A DNA stretch of 64,000 bases, from positions 13,020,001-13,084,000 of the forward strand of contig CM102286.1 of NCBI GenBank assembly GCA_046563655.1, read 5' to 3'. This document shows positions 13,201 to 25,000 of the stretch, one piece after another. Each line of letters begins with the position of its first letter. Position 1 is the first letter of the stretch. This DNA comes from Yuukianura sp. NJ FZ-2021 (lineage: Eukaryota). The translations under genes were made by a program, and so were the position numbers. The notes beneath the pieces were generated by a model. It ran no database searches, was not told where the DNA came from, and saw only the letters and a program-made list of their open reading frames with translations.

Positions 13201-16200
13201 AAAGTTTTGTAAAATTCGTTTGTGAGATGTTGGGATGAGTCCAAGAATGTTGGGCAAGACACTGCTCTTCTAGTTAGTTACTCCCACGCTAAACAAATTT
13301 TTTTTTGGCTTTTGTTTTCCTTTTTCTTGGCAAAAGAAATTGTTTCCCTGCTTTTTTTCTCGTACTTTTTTCCAGTAGGGAAATTATATTTATTACTGCG
13401 AATATTTATTTTTCAAACTTACCGACTAACGGATGAGACGCAGATTATTGATAATAATCTAAAATTCGCCTCATAAACTAACCGATCATTACTACAATTT
13501 GTATTACTTGTTTTTGGCACTTTTCAAAATTAGACGCTAAGGCCAAATTCAAAACAGATGAAAGTTTTATGTTTTAAAATACTTTTTAATATTTCGCAAT
13601 ATTGGCTTGAAGACGCAGACAGATTTATGGGCAGGCAAGTGTATCAGTCGGGCTTGGCCTGCTTGTGATATATTTTTTTTTTTTTTGCGAAAGAACTTTT
13701 TCGTGCCGCTTCCATAAAGTCTTAGGTTTAATGGCCCTGAAGTTATGGCGAAAACTTTAAGTCGGGTCTTAACATGTCAGTTGATAATTAGTTAAAGGAA
13801 AGAAAGCAGTTTTAAATTTTATTTTCCGTTTTTTCTGTCAGATTGTCACCATTGATCTCCATCACTCTTGCACTTCAAGCCATACAGGCACTTCTGCCTC
13901 AGCGCCACTTGCCGCTGGAATCTGTGCACTTGCTCTCCAAGCAAATACAAATCTGACATGGCGGGATATGCAGCATATAGTTGTGCGAACAGCGCGTCCA
14001 CACAAGTTGCACGCACAGGATTGGGCAACAAATGGTGTTGGAAGAAATGGTAAGAACATTATCACCGTAGTTTTGGAAAAAGATGATGTACAAATTGCCG
14101 GATTAACAAATGTTTTATGAATTTTGTTCAACAGTTAGTCATTCCTTTGGTTATGGACTCATGGACGCAGGAGCGATGGTAAAGTTAGCTAGACGCTGGA
14201 TAACAGTACCGGAACAAAACAAGTGTGAAATTCGAGCGCCATACAACGACAAGTAAGTTACTAAATGAGTTTTATGACCCGGAAACTAACGTTGTGCTTT
14301 AACCTTGTACTCGGGAATTCACATGATAACTTTCTTGTTTCAGAAATATTCCGGCTAAGAGCAAAGTGACACTAGAGATTAATGTGTCGGAGTGTCCTGG
14401 AGTAAACTTCCTAGAGCACGTTCAGGTAATTGCTTCATCGTTAGTAAATGTACGATTAGTTTGGAGAGTTTGCTTCACTAGAGCAATAAAATTTAAGAGT
14501 TATTTATTCTGTACAGGCAAAAGTCACACTAACTTCAGTAAAGCGAGGAGACCTCCTGATAGCCTTAATTTCTCCTTCGGGAACACGTTCTGTTTTACTA
14601 GCAAATCGAAGGCATGACATCAACAGATCTGGTTAGTTAATGAACAACATATTTACTCTGTCAAAGCATAAAAAGTTAATGTACTAATTCACGCTGTTCC
14701 TTTATAGGTTTTACTGATTGGCCTTTCATGACTGTACATTGCTGGGGTGAAAATCCCATTGGGAAATGGGTTCTGGAGATTCACAACGAAGGCAGATATG
14801 CGGGTAAGAGGCTACTTAAATCTAAAGTGTCAATATCATCAGCATTGGAATTACTTTTAAGACTTGGGATGGCAAAGACTACTAAAGAAATGCTTGCCTT
14901 GCCTGGCAAACTTCGCGCGTAAATTAGCCTTTCAAAGCAACTTACCGTTTTGTCTTAACTCGTTTTGGTAGTCAAATGTCAAAATCAGACTCTCGTTATA
15001 ATTTTGTGTATGATGGGCAAAGGGCGAACGGTTCTCAAGCGTTGGTCGCTTGTCTTGTACGGAACCCGAGAACTTGCAAATCATGACATGGTGGCGGAAA
15101 CTTCTGAAAAATTGCCCTGGCATCATGTTCAAATAAGTATGAATGGGCTTTCGGGAGAGGCGGATGCTGGAAGTCGGCTTGCCAAAACTGATGAGGGAAT
15201 TGCGAAGGTGGAAGGTGAGCTTGTTGTGAAACCAAAACCGACACGCCAAAGACTATTCAAGTTCAAACCACTGATGCCAAAAAGGCCAAAGGCTTCGACT
15301 AATTCAACCCCGCTGCCAATTCTTCCTACTCTGTTTGAACCCTCTTCTTCATCCCTGCCCAAAAGTCAGCAGACAGCGCCAAATCAAAACGTTACAGACT
15401 TTTCTGTAACGCCAACACCGACAATACATGTTCCTGGAACAACTTTTCACTCTATCTTGCCGCCATCAACTACGCTGCCCACTGCAAATTCCTCAGCAGT
15501 ATCTCAAAATGGAGGTGGAGGACATGTTTACCATTTTGTCGTTGTTATCGTTTCGTTGCTTTTTATTCTGAAGAGCTGTTTATTATTGAGTCGCTTGCGT
15601 TAGGGCATTTATGATTTTACATGTGCTAATTTTCATTGTCATGCGGAAAGCATGATTCCGTTGTCCGAAACACCGAAAACCGGAACTTGAAAACCGGTTG
15701 GATCTAGCCATTTTTATTGAAACGCGAGTTTTTACTTTATTTTGCGATTGTTTAGTTTTGTTCTAACTATTAATTTAACTTACCTGTGAACGTTATGACC
15801 TAACGTTTTGTTTTTGTTTGCACACAGGTAAACTGCAAACATGGGCCGTTGTTCTGCATGGGATTACTGACGATCCAAATGGAAATGGATCGCTTCCAGT
15901 GACGATTGGAAACAATGCAGAGGAGAGCTTAAAGTCGTCACTGGACACCAAAGACGTGACATTAGAGTTCGACGGTAGTGAGAACAAAGTGGTAGTAGAG
16001 CCCTCTAATGTTTACAATCCGCATTTGGCAGCAAGTCAACCGGAGGTGGCTGACATGAACTCAGTGACCTCGAACGGAACCCCTTGTCGCAAAAGCTCCA
16101 ATACTGGGAGTTGCTTAGGTTGGTGCCTTTTCCTTCTTTCCCTTCAACTGCTGACCTTGAACAGCACATTCAGGTCAAGGGAGGATGAGGACTGTTCTGC

Positions 16201-19200
16201 AGCATCCCATCAATTATTGTCCAATGGAACCTGTAGAAGTTCTAATGCTAGTCTCTCTTCCTGCAGTATTAACAATCCCTGTAATCAGAACAATGTCATA
16301 CTCCTGAATCCGAGCCAACATTGGACTCAACCCTCTCCAATTACCTTAAATTCGTCAAGTATTAGACTAAACCACCACGGTGTCAATTCCAATTGAGTCA
16401 ATTCAGGTGATATTTACACGTTTTAAACAAAATTTGGGAGCGGATGCCAATTTCCAGTCCCCCGCAGGAAATTTTTAACTACTTTTAATTTGTTTTGTCC
16501 AGTTTGGACTTGTAATGACAAGGAGATATTCCAAGTCTAGTACGTTTTGCTCCTTTGATTTGATTGTGATGAATGTTCTTACGTGTTTAACGTCTTAGAT
16601 AATTAATATGGGGAGGGGGAAGCGTTTGGGGGTAAAAGCGACCCGGAAAAGCAGAAAAACGTATTACATTCTTGCCAGAACATTCGCGTTCAATTTGTAG
16701 ATTTTTAGACTTGCGCACTATAACTAATAAGAATTAACCGAATTTTTAATGTGCCAATTTAGGACTCGCGGATAAAGAATACGAAACGTAAGATTCCTAA
16801 AAAACATAGTGACTAAAAATCTTTGAAACAATCAATTTGTCTGAATCGAATGCAGTAAGCGAGTCCATGGTTTTCGTTTTTAACGGTGTTTAAATTCTTT
16901 TTTTGTTAATTTGAATCCAATGCTACAAAATTCCCTCTCGGTAGTACCTTTCCGGACTTACAACTCTACCAACTATTCTGCATTTTTACAAAATTTTGAA
17001 AACTTTAACTTTGCTCAATTGCAATTCTACAAACTCATTTTTGTAACATTTCGGGTCGAAATTTTTCGAAAAACGCGCTATCAAAATTTGGTGACAGAAA
17101 CATTGAGAAAGGTCTTTGCACTTTTTTTTTGCTAAAACTCGGTGAAACTTTTTGTTTACTTTTGAATTTGTTATGCTTTCATAAAATTCTTTGGGTCAGC
17201 TTGAATTCAAAGAGGATCGAATGTGTTTTCAGTAGAACGCTGTTCCCGAGATATGAATTTATCAAATGATTCGGTTTTTCCAAAATCGCGCATCAAAATA
17301 GTCCTAATTTATCAAGAAGTTAAACTATCCGATTTAAAAAGAAAACCATGGACTAACACAATGGGATCGAAGTACTCAATTGTAAATACAATTTAAAAAA
17401 TTCCGGGATCCTATTTAGAACGTAATCTCAAATATTTCCCTTATTCGTTTATAGCGTGCGAATTAGTAACTCTCAAGTCTGAATGTCGTGATTTCACAGA
17501 TACTTAAGTACTCAACTTCAATGTAAATGGAAAATCTTTGCAATTGCAACGCTGTAATAATTTCAGTTGAGATTCTCTTATTTTCACAAAACTATTTTAA
17601 CCTTTTTTTTAAGTTGCGGTCGGTTTTGTACCCGGGTAGCTTGCGAAATACTCTAGTGGTGCTATATTTTCGGATTTGGGGTTTTTCGGTTTGTAAGTGT
17701 TTAACATTGCTCATAGAATTTGCTCCGAGGCTCTTCAATTCTTTTTTTTAACATTTAACATCTAAATTGTGAATTACAGTTTAAAGCTATTAGGCTAAGG
17801 GGTTTTGAGCAAAATTGACTTTTCTTTCGCGACTTTAGTTAAGAAATATATGTTAAATGTTGTACACTTTTTTGTTTCATGTTACGTTTTCACAAAAACA
17901 AAATGTTGGCGCTTGAGATCCAAGTCTTACAGAACCTGATCTCGTTTTTAAATCCAACTGATGCTATTTCTGGAATTACTTTTACAGAAAGGGAATCGGT
18001 TTAGCATGTTTTAAAACTGGCACAACAAATTACAGTAGGAGAGGGTTGGTTTTAGTTATTTTAGTTAATTGCTTTAGTACTCGTATGATATTAATGTTTG
18101 CATTTGAAAAGAAGGCGTTGACAAAATAACGACAGTTACAAATGGTACTGGTATTTTTAAGTTGTTTTTATCCCCTTTATAATTAACTATTTTCGTATAT
18201 TAATTTTAGACTGTATCCTACTCAATAACTTTACACATATCCTTTTCCTGTTAGAATTTTTAGGGTCTTAGCTCTTTCAAGAACAAACTACGGTTAGTAT
18301 AGGCGCATCCCCTGATTTTAAAATGTTCAAAAATAATTTTAGGAAAATTTAAAAATTAATTATTAAAAACAATTAACCAGTAACTTTGGGCTACGCTTGT
18401 GGGATTAGTTAGATCAATTTGTGGGGCTGTATATGGCACTGGTCAACTTAAAAGAATTGGTTTCTAAAGTTCATTTCACTACCGCTTGTGAGTTTCTACT
18501 GTATTTTAGCCTTGTGAACATTTAGCTCTCGGGATCCTGTTTCCTGTTATTTTGTCATCTTCACATCTGTCTCGTGTCCTACCTCTTATGTCAATCATTC
18601 AACAATTATGTCCATCAGTTCCGTTGTGCGGGTGAGTGGAGACTTGGAATTTTCCTATTTAGTTAAAAGATACAACCTTTCTTTTACAAATTTGCTGTAA
18701 CCTACAACGTTTTAGAATCTAAATCATTTTTAAACCGATTTTTTTTTACTTCAAACTGCCGCATGTAATTGCTATTGTACAAAATCCTACCTCTGATCCC
18801 ACCCCAAAATTTTTTTTGACATTGTTTTGATTATGGTTTGCTGCTTCATCTTTCTAGCATCTACGGGAATGCTAAACACCTTTTACTAACCTACCTCTCG
18901 AATTTACTTAAAACATTTTAGTAAACATTTTGATACAAAAACCTTACTGACTGAAATGATTTGTTTTGTTTCAATTTAGAATGTGCCGATGGACTCTACT
19001 TGTATCAAAATTCCTGCACTACGATTTGCCCCGAGTCTTTCTATGGAACGTTTCGACAAAGTATTAACCGAAAAGGAGCCATGGTAGTCATTTCTGGATC
19101 TGGAAGTTGTTACCCCTGTCACTACACATGTCGCTCATGTTCAGGGGAAACGGAAACTAACTGTACTTCGTGCTACAAGAACTCTACCCTAGTTACCAAA

Positions 19201-19542
19201 TCTACTTCGACTGAAACAGTATCCAGTACTTGTTACCCTACACATCTTCTGCACTCAATAGAAAACAATAACGTCTGGTACACCGGGCTCGTAGTAATTA
19301 TCGTTATAAATATCCTTGCGTTTGTAGTTCTCACCATTTACATTTGTTTGCGCAAACGCGCAGATGGAAAATCCCTAGCAAGTTTAGGCACAAATTGGCT
19401 AGAAACTAAGGGAGAGTATAGACGGGTTTCCCCAGATGAAGACATGCCACCACCAGATGAAGACATTGACCTAGATATTCGTTACACAATTCCAAGCAAC
19501 ATTCCCTACAGCCCTAAAACCGATAATTCAGTAGATCCCTAG
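7247..19542 (+). CDS. Fur1: Furin-like proprotein convertase 1, CRR (cysteine-rich, transmembrane) isoform
   Basis: Exons 7247-7546, 10242-10340, 10437-10610 (RVKR/D prodomain cleavage site), 10720-10848 (ILDDG), 11520-11685 ([11 protein letters not shown]), 12355-12527, 12650-12695, 12783-12854 (ASGNGG), 12955-13046, 13842-14049 (HTGTSASAP), 14135-14252, 14344-14425, 14517-14631, 14708-14803 (P domain), 15828-16118, 18980-19542 (Cys-rich repeat, TM, YRRV and acidic cluster). Phases are consistent throughout. Confidence 0.95.
15023..15603 (+). CDS. Fur1: Alternative terminal exon of furin (end of P domain, S/T/P-rich stalk, C-terminal hydrophobic segment)
   Basis: Phase-1 acceptor AAG|GG joins donor 14803 to give [15 protein letters not shown], a paralogue of [13 protein letters not shown] in exon 15828. 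Open to the stop at 15603. Confidence 0.8.
16862..17354. mobile_element. Non-autonomous TIR element (MITE, about 490 bp) in the last furin intron
   Basis: 14-bp perfect terminal inverted repeat AGTCCATGGTTTTC/GAAAACCATGGACT, extending imperfectly to about 35-40 bp. No coding capacity and no clear TSD. Confidence 0.65.
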
Positions 19543-20247
19543 AAGCGCTAACTATATTTAAAACAAAGCCTATGAGATTTTAAAGTATTTAATTAATTGA
19601 AGTTCCAGCAACTAAGTGTTGACAATCGCATCTATCTACTCGTAAATCAAGTACTTGACTCAAGTTGCAATGCAAAATGTTCCATTTACGAACGTTATAC
19701 CATGGTACTTAAGAATGTGATTTTGGATAAAAAAAAAACTTACATAGGATAATTTCGCGCAAGAATTGAAAAGTGAGCTGTACAGGGTGCAAAGATGCTA
19801 TGGAAAGCGCATGTTCATGTATCTTGACGACCACATTTTTTGAAATTTGTTTCTTATTTAGTACTTAATAGTTTAACCAATCACCAGTATTTGCAAGTAT
19901 TTTTTGTACCTGTCCTGTCTTACGTTTGCAGAGCGCGTTTCCGATTTTTTTTTGAAAAATTTAATTTGTGATGTAAGATAAGGATGCTTGGTGAAGTCGA
20001 AAAAGAAAAGCTAATGTCGTTAAGTGTATTTAGCGTTAAAAAAATTGTTGCCTTACTGGACTGGGCAAATATTTTAATATCTAGCATAGAAATAATACTT
20101 GCCTCTTATTAGTAATTTATTTGTGGTGATAGGAAAGAAATTGTAATCAAAATTTTTTGGGACTTTAGAAATAATTAGTAAAGAAAAGGAACCTACTTAA
20201 TCAATTCGCTTATTTTAGGAAAAAAAAAGAAGCAGTTCGACTTACAT

Positions 20248-23200
20248 TTACTTGAAGCGGCGAACCAGGGCGTCTTGTTCTTCCAGATCCTTGATAACTT
20301 TCTTCCGCATGTAAAATATCGGGCAGTCGCGGCTAAAACAAAAGCAATTGCGAATTTCACACGGACGTTCACAATTCGACTAATCAAACCAAGAACCAAC
20401 ACTAACACTTTCAACTACTAGATTTAAGTAAAGTTTTTGCCTACCTTGTACAAAGAATGTCCTCGTGAAGAGATCCTTGACACCTTTGACACTGGGTCCA
20501 CAGTCGATTGAACTTGACCTCCAGTTCGGAGAGATTCGAGAGTTCATTGAGATAGATTTCAGAAGCAGCTCCCTTATCAGTACACGATGGACACAAAGCA
20601 TCTTCGTTTTTCAAAACTGCACGGCAACCGATACAAGTTGATATTTTCTTGGTGAATTTTGCCAAGGCACTCACTTTCGAAGTCACCAGAACTTTGGTTC
20701 GTGTGTGTTCACCTCCTGCATTCACAATACAAGTTAAACGATTACAGGACGAAGAGAGACTAAAAGTAAAACTAAACGTTCACTTGTCGTCGTCGTATTA
20801 CTTTACTTACTGAGGAGGATAGACTCTGTCTTTTCTCCCAAAATAGGTTCAAAGATACGAGTCAATGGTTTGCTCAATTGATTCTCCAAGTAGTAGTTAG
20901 CATCGATCGGAACGTTATTTTCCAGCACATAAATAGGATCTTCAGCCTGGTCGGGGATTAAACAAGTTATAAATAACGTTGTATGGATTATAAATGAGTT
21001 GAGTTACAACAATATCTCTTAATCTTTGACAATTGATAATTCAATTCAAATGAATGAAGGCACGTACCTTTTGAAAAGCCGGGGTCCCTTTAGCTGCAGC
21101 GATGATGACGTACGGCACACGATCTCCTAGTTTCGGAGCAGTTCCTGGATCTCGCTTCTTCATTTTGTTTGCCAACTCGACATGTGCCTGCTTACCAGCA
21201 TATTCCTTCTCTGTCTTTGTCAGTTCCTTGGTGATCACAAGCTGAGAAATATCCAATTTGTTTCTTAGCAAATCCGAAATGATGTTCTTCACGAACTCAA
21301 CTGCACCTTGGGGATCCCTAAAATTAAAACAATCAATCAATGAAAACTAACAAAAGAAGCAACTATGAACTGATAACACGTTAAGAAGGAAATCACTAAT
21401 CCGTAATCCCTCATAAGAGATTTAGTTTTAAGCTTACCTGTTTACAAGTATTTTTTCCAAGCACGTATTCATCACTGTCGCTACCAATGGGCAGTTGTCT
21501 CGACGAACAGTTTCCAGTCCTTTGCAGTCCATTTTATCATGGATTTCCGGTTTAGTGAAGTATAGTCCCGCATATCGTTTCTTGTTGATGAGCAAGTAAG
21601 GAAAGTAAACCTGAAATTACATCAAGTACTTTGTGAGACAACTCGGTTACGAATGCATGCAAAAGCAGTACACCGTTGTTACGAAATTGTTACGATGACA
21701 TTACCTTTTCGAATTCCAACTTGATCGGAGCAATGAAACCCTTACTAACTGATGCTGCAGCTTCACTTCCCAATTCCATTGCTTCCTTTACAGTTGTGAC
21801 TCCGAATCGAACCATGACTGAGTCCGTATCTCCATAGATGACTTTAGCATCATGCTTGTAACCATTGCTCATACAAAATTGCTTCTCCACTTCATCTTTC
21901 GTCTTGTCAATCATCATCCTTCCAAAGGCTGTCACACTTTGACTGATTTCCAAGCAAGGTAGCTTCCCTACTTGAGCTCCAGTGAATCCGTAGACAGAAT
22001 TGGCACTGACTTTGAGTGCCAATTGTCTGCCATCCAAAACTTTACGTCGGGAGGGATCCTTCTCATTCTTGAGGTCACTCTTTGCTCTCTTTCGAGCGGA
22101 GAGCAAATCTTCCAAGATCACAGGCAACAGACCTTTTCGGACAGAGGCTTTTACGAAACAATTGTTGGACGGCGTTCGAATGAATTGGTCAGCTTCTAGT
22201 CCAGAACTTTGTGGCGCCTTGAGCAGAGTTGTGTAGCATAAGTTATGGGCCATCATAATACTTGGATACAGAGACGCAAAATCAAGTGTTGCAATCGGGA
22301 CATCGTAGTATCCACGTAATGGTTCAATGACAGTAGCCCCTTCGAATTGATCGTCGGTCCCTGAACCTTGATACGTCGGCATGATGTAATCATGTTCCCG
22401 TGCCTATAAGAAAAAAACAACAGAATCAATAATAAATCATTATCCATACTATAAGATAAGTTGAAAGCAATTACCTTTCGTAATAACTGCGATACAACTT
22501 TAATTTGCTGTCCTCTGGTAAGCAAGTAGTGAAGCGGCACACCGGTGACACGAGCCATCTCGACGTAATTGACAACACACATGAGCTTATCAATCAACCG
22601 AATTGGGAGAAGAGCATCCTTGAGACAATATACTGCCAATCGTCGTCGTGTTTGATCATTTCCATTCTGAAGATCAGTTATAATGGAATGATGAACATCC
22701 TCCTTTTGCTGACCCAGGAAGTTAAAGCTGACGGAGTTGAGCGTGTATGACCGGAGTTTGTAGTCTCGTACGAGAACAAGGTAAAGGTCAAAGATGACTC
22801 GACCTTCAATGTTAATTGATTTGTTCTCACGCCTTCCCATTTGTTTGCTCTGAAGCATGACGGTCTTGACTGTAGATTTTATACTCTTCACGCGCCCAAG
22901 GAAGCTAAGGCATAGAGACTTTTAGTTTTTAAATATTCAATAGCGATATTTCCAGTAAAATGTCATCCAACCTAATTGCAAAACTTACTGAAAGCCCTGG
23001 GCAGATAAATGCGTGGCTCTGTTCAAAAGGTAGGCGAGGTCAAAGTTGCTTATGTTGTATCCTGTGATTAAATCTGGATCAGTTCTACGCACAAATTCAC
23101 TCCATGTTTCCAGAAGTTCTTTTTCATCGAAATAGCTTAGTACTTGAGCTTCCATGATTGGTGCACAAGTATTCAGAGTAAAAATAGTCTTGATAAATGG

Positions 23201-24605
23201 TTCTGGAAAAATGACACCAAATCAAGTATTTCTAAGATGAAGCATCAATCATGAATTCTTTTACTAAGAAGGTGGTAAAGGCTTACCAGTTTCACCTTGT
23301 CGAATCACCATGTTAGCAATTTGAATTACCGGATCTTTATCAGGTTCAGGAAAAATGCCCTTCCGATTTGTACATTCGATATCAAATGACAAAATGCGAA
23401 ATGGAGCTACCTTGGCCCACTCTCCTTCGGGAGCATGGGAGATCATCTTTTCAACTGAGACATCAACCTCAATCTGGACACGGGTAGTAGGCTTCAAGTC
23501 TGCAGATGACAATTGAATCTGTCTTTCTTTGAATATTCGAAAAACCCAAGTAAATACCTTACTTGGAGTTGATGAGGATCTTACTTGTTTTAGAGGTTCG
23601 TCTTGAGTACTGGCCCGGCATCAACTCAATCCAATTACATCCAACGACATGGTTGTCGACTGAAAATCTTGTTTCAAAATCCACGTTTGATTCAAAAGCT
23701 TGAACTTCATGTGCACCAAATTTTGAAATGTGCCCGGATTCCAGTAGCCTTTTTGCAGCAGCGATCAACCTTAAAACAATTATAGGCATTAACAATTTAT
23801 AGGACAAAATACAACTTATTAAAACCGAAAACAGAGTCTATAAATCATACGTACTTTGGAACCGCCAACACAATCTTTGCAAAGGGTATTTTGTTGTCGC
23901 CCCGGTATCCGTAAATGTTCAACTTGTATACAATGTCAACGGCTAACACTGCATCAGTGATTTTTTCACGATTGGATCTCATATCAGCCAGGAGAGCCTT
24001 GTTCAATTCAGCTTTGAAGTCTCCGCAATCTGACTGATGGAAGTCTTCTGGTAGGGATACGTAAAAGTAAGGCGAAAACCCGTGAACATTACAGCATACA
24101 GAATATCCCTCTTCAGTGACACCAAACATTCTAGAAATCAAAGTATCATCGTGTAAGATTCGTCGTTCGTCGAAGATTCGATCGACGGATATACTAAACT
24201 ATTCAATTACCGAATTATTGGTACCGGCCCCACTTTAGCTCCTGGCATACCAGCAATTGGTTGACCAAGGTAATGGTCCATATCCAGTTGCTGAAAAGAT
24301 AAACGGCAGTTCCGTTCCGAGAACGTTGAAGGGACTGGTGGCCGTTCCCATTCCGCGTATGAAACTGTTGTGGCAGTATCAATTTCTTCGGTTTCCATCT
24401 GCGATTGCGAATCAAGTTCCTGGCTCTCCATTTCCTCTGCGGCTTCCAGTAATTCCATATCATCATCGTCACCGAACATATCCCCATCATCGTCATCATC
24501 ACCATTAACAAATTTCTTGTTTGGTGGCGGTACTCCATTGCCATTTCCAGCAGCACCTGCCGATGATCCTGGAGTGGGTGCGTTGGACTTCCTTTTCGAA
24601 GACAT
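20248..24605 (-). CDS. POLD1: DNA polymerase delta catalytic subunit
   Basis: 12 exons: 24605-24211, 24130-23855, 23769-23585, 23499-23287, 23202-22989, 22904-22475, 22403-21705, 21610-21438, 21317-21068, 20946-20811, 20715-20445, 20332-20248. Motifs SFDIEC (ExoI), [23 protein letters not shown] and C-terminal CysA/CysB ([22 protein letters not shown]). Confidence 0.97.
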
Positions 24606-24986
24606 CACTGTAAATTCAAACAATTGTATCAAAACCCCGAACGTTCTTTTATTTAACCAGTGCATTGTGAACGTACCACCAAAGTCCGAAATCTGGTCGG
24701 GATTCTCGCTCCGACCACGTTATGTTAATATACACTAATTAACTAACTAGGTATAAACTAACCTGTAGATTCCCCGGAGATTTGTGAACGGAGATTCCCG
24801 GATTATAAACAATTGTAGCTGACGAAATTGATTAAATATGATTGATTTGATTAATTAGATCGCTTCGTTCACTCACACTTAATTAAACTTTATAAATCCG
24901 AAGAACAGAACAGAAAGAAACAGACAAATGACAAAAGCCGGCAAAAAAAAAACAAGCACAATTCTTTTGTTTTGGTTCGTGGTTGA

Positions 24987-25000
24987 TTCAAACTTCCCGC
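24987..25000 (-). promoter_or_regulatory. Tandem E2F/CDE-CHR (DREAM-type) element in the POLD1 promoter
   Basis: Minus strand reads GCGG-GAAG-TTTGAA (GC core, 4-nt spacer, CHR), about 400 nt upstream of the POLD1 ATG. Confidence 0.55.

Noticed and set aside
18254..18635. Extra short furin terminal exons (EFLGS* at about 18254; ALGILFPV..* at about 18526)
   Set aside because: Splice signals are plausible, but there is no homology or other support from sequence alone.
21972..24738. Plus-strand ORFs overlapping POLD1, and similar ORFs opposite furin and EFL1 exons
   Set aside because: Antisense or alternative-frame shadows of real exons with no recognisable protein features.
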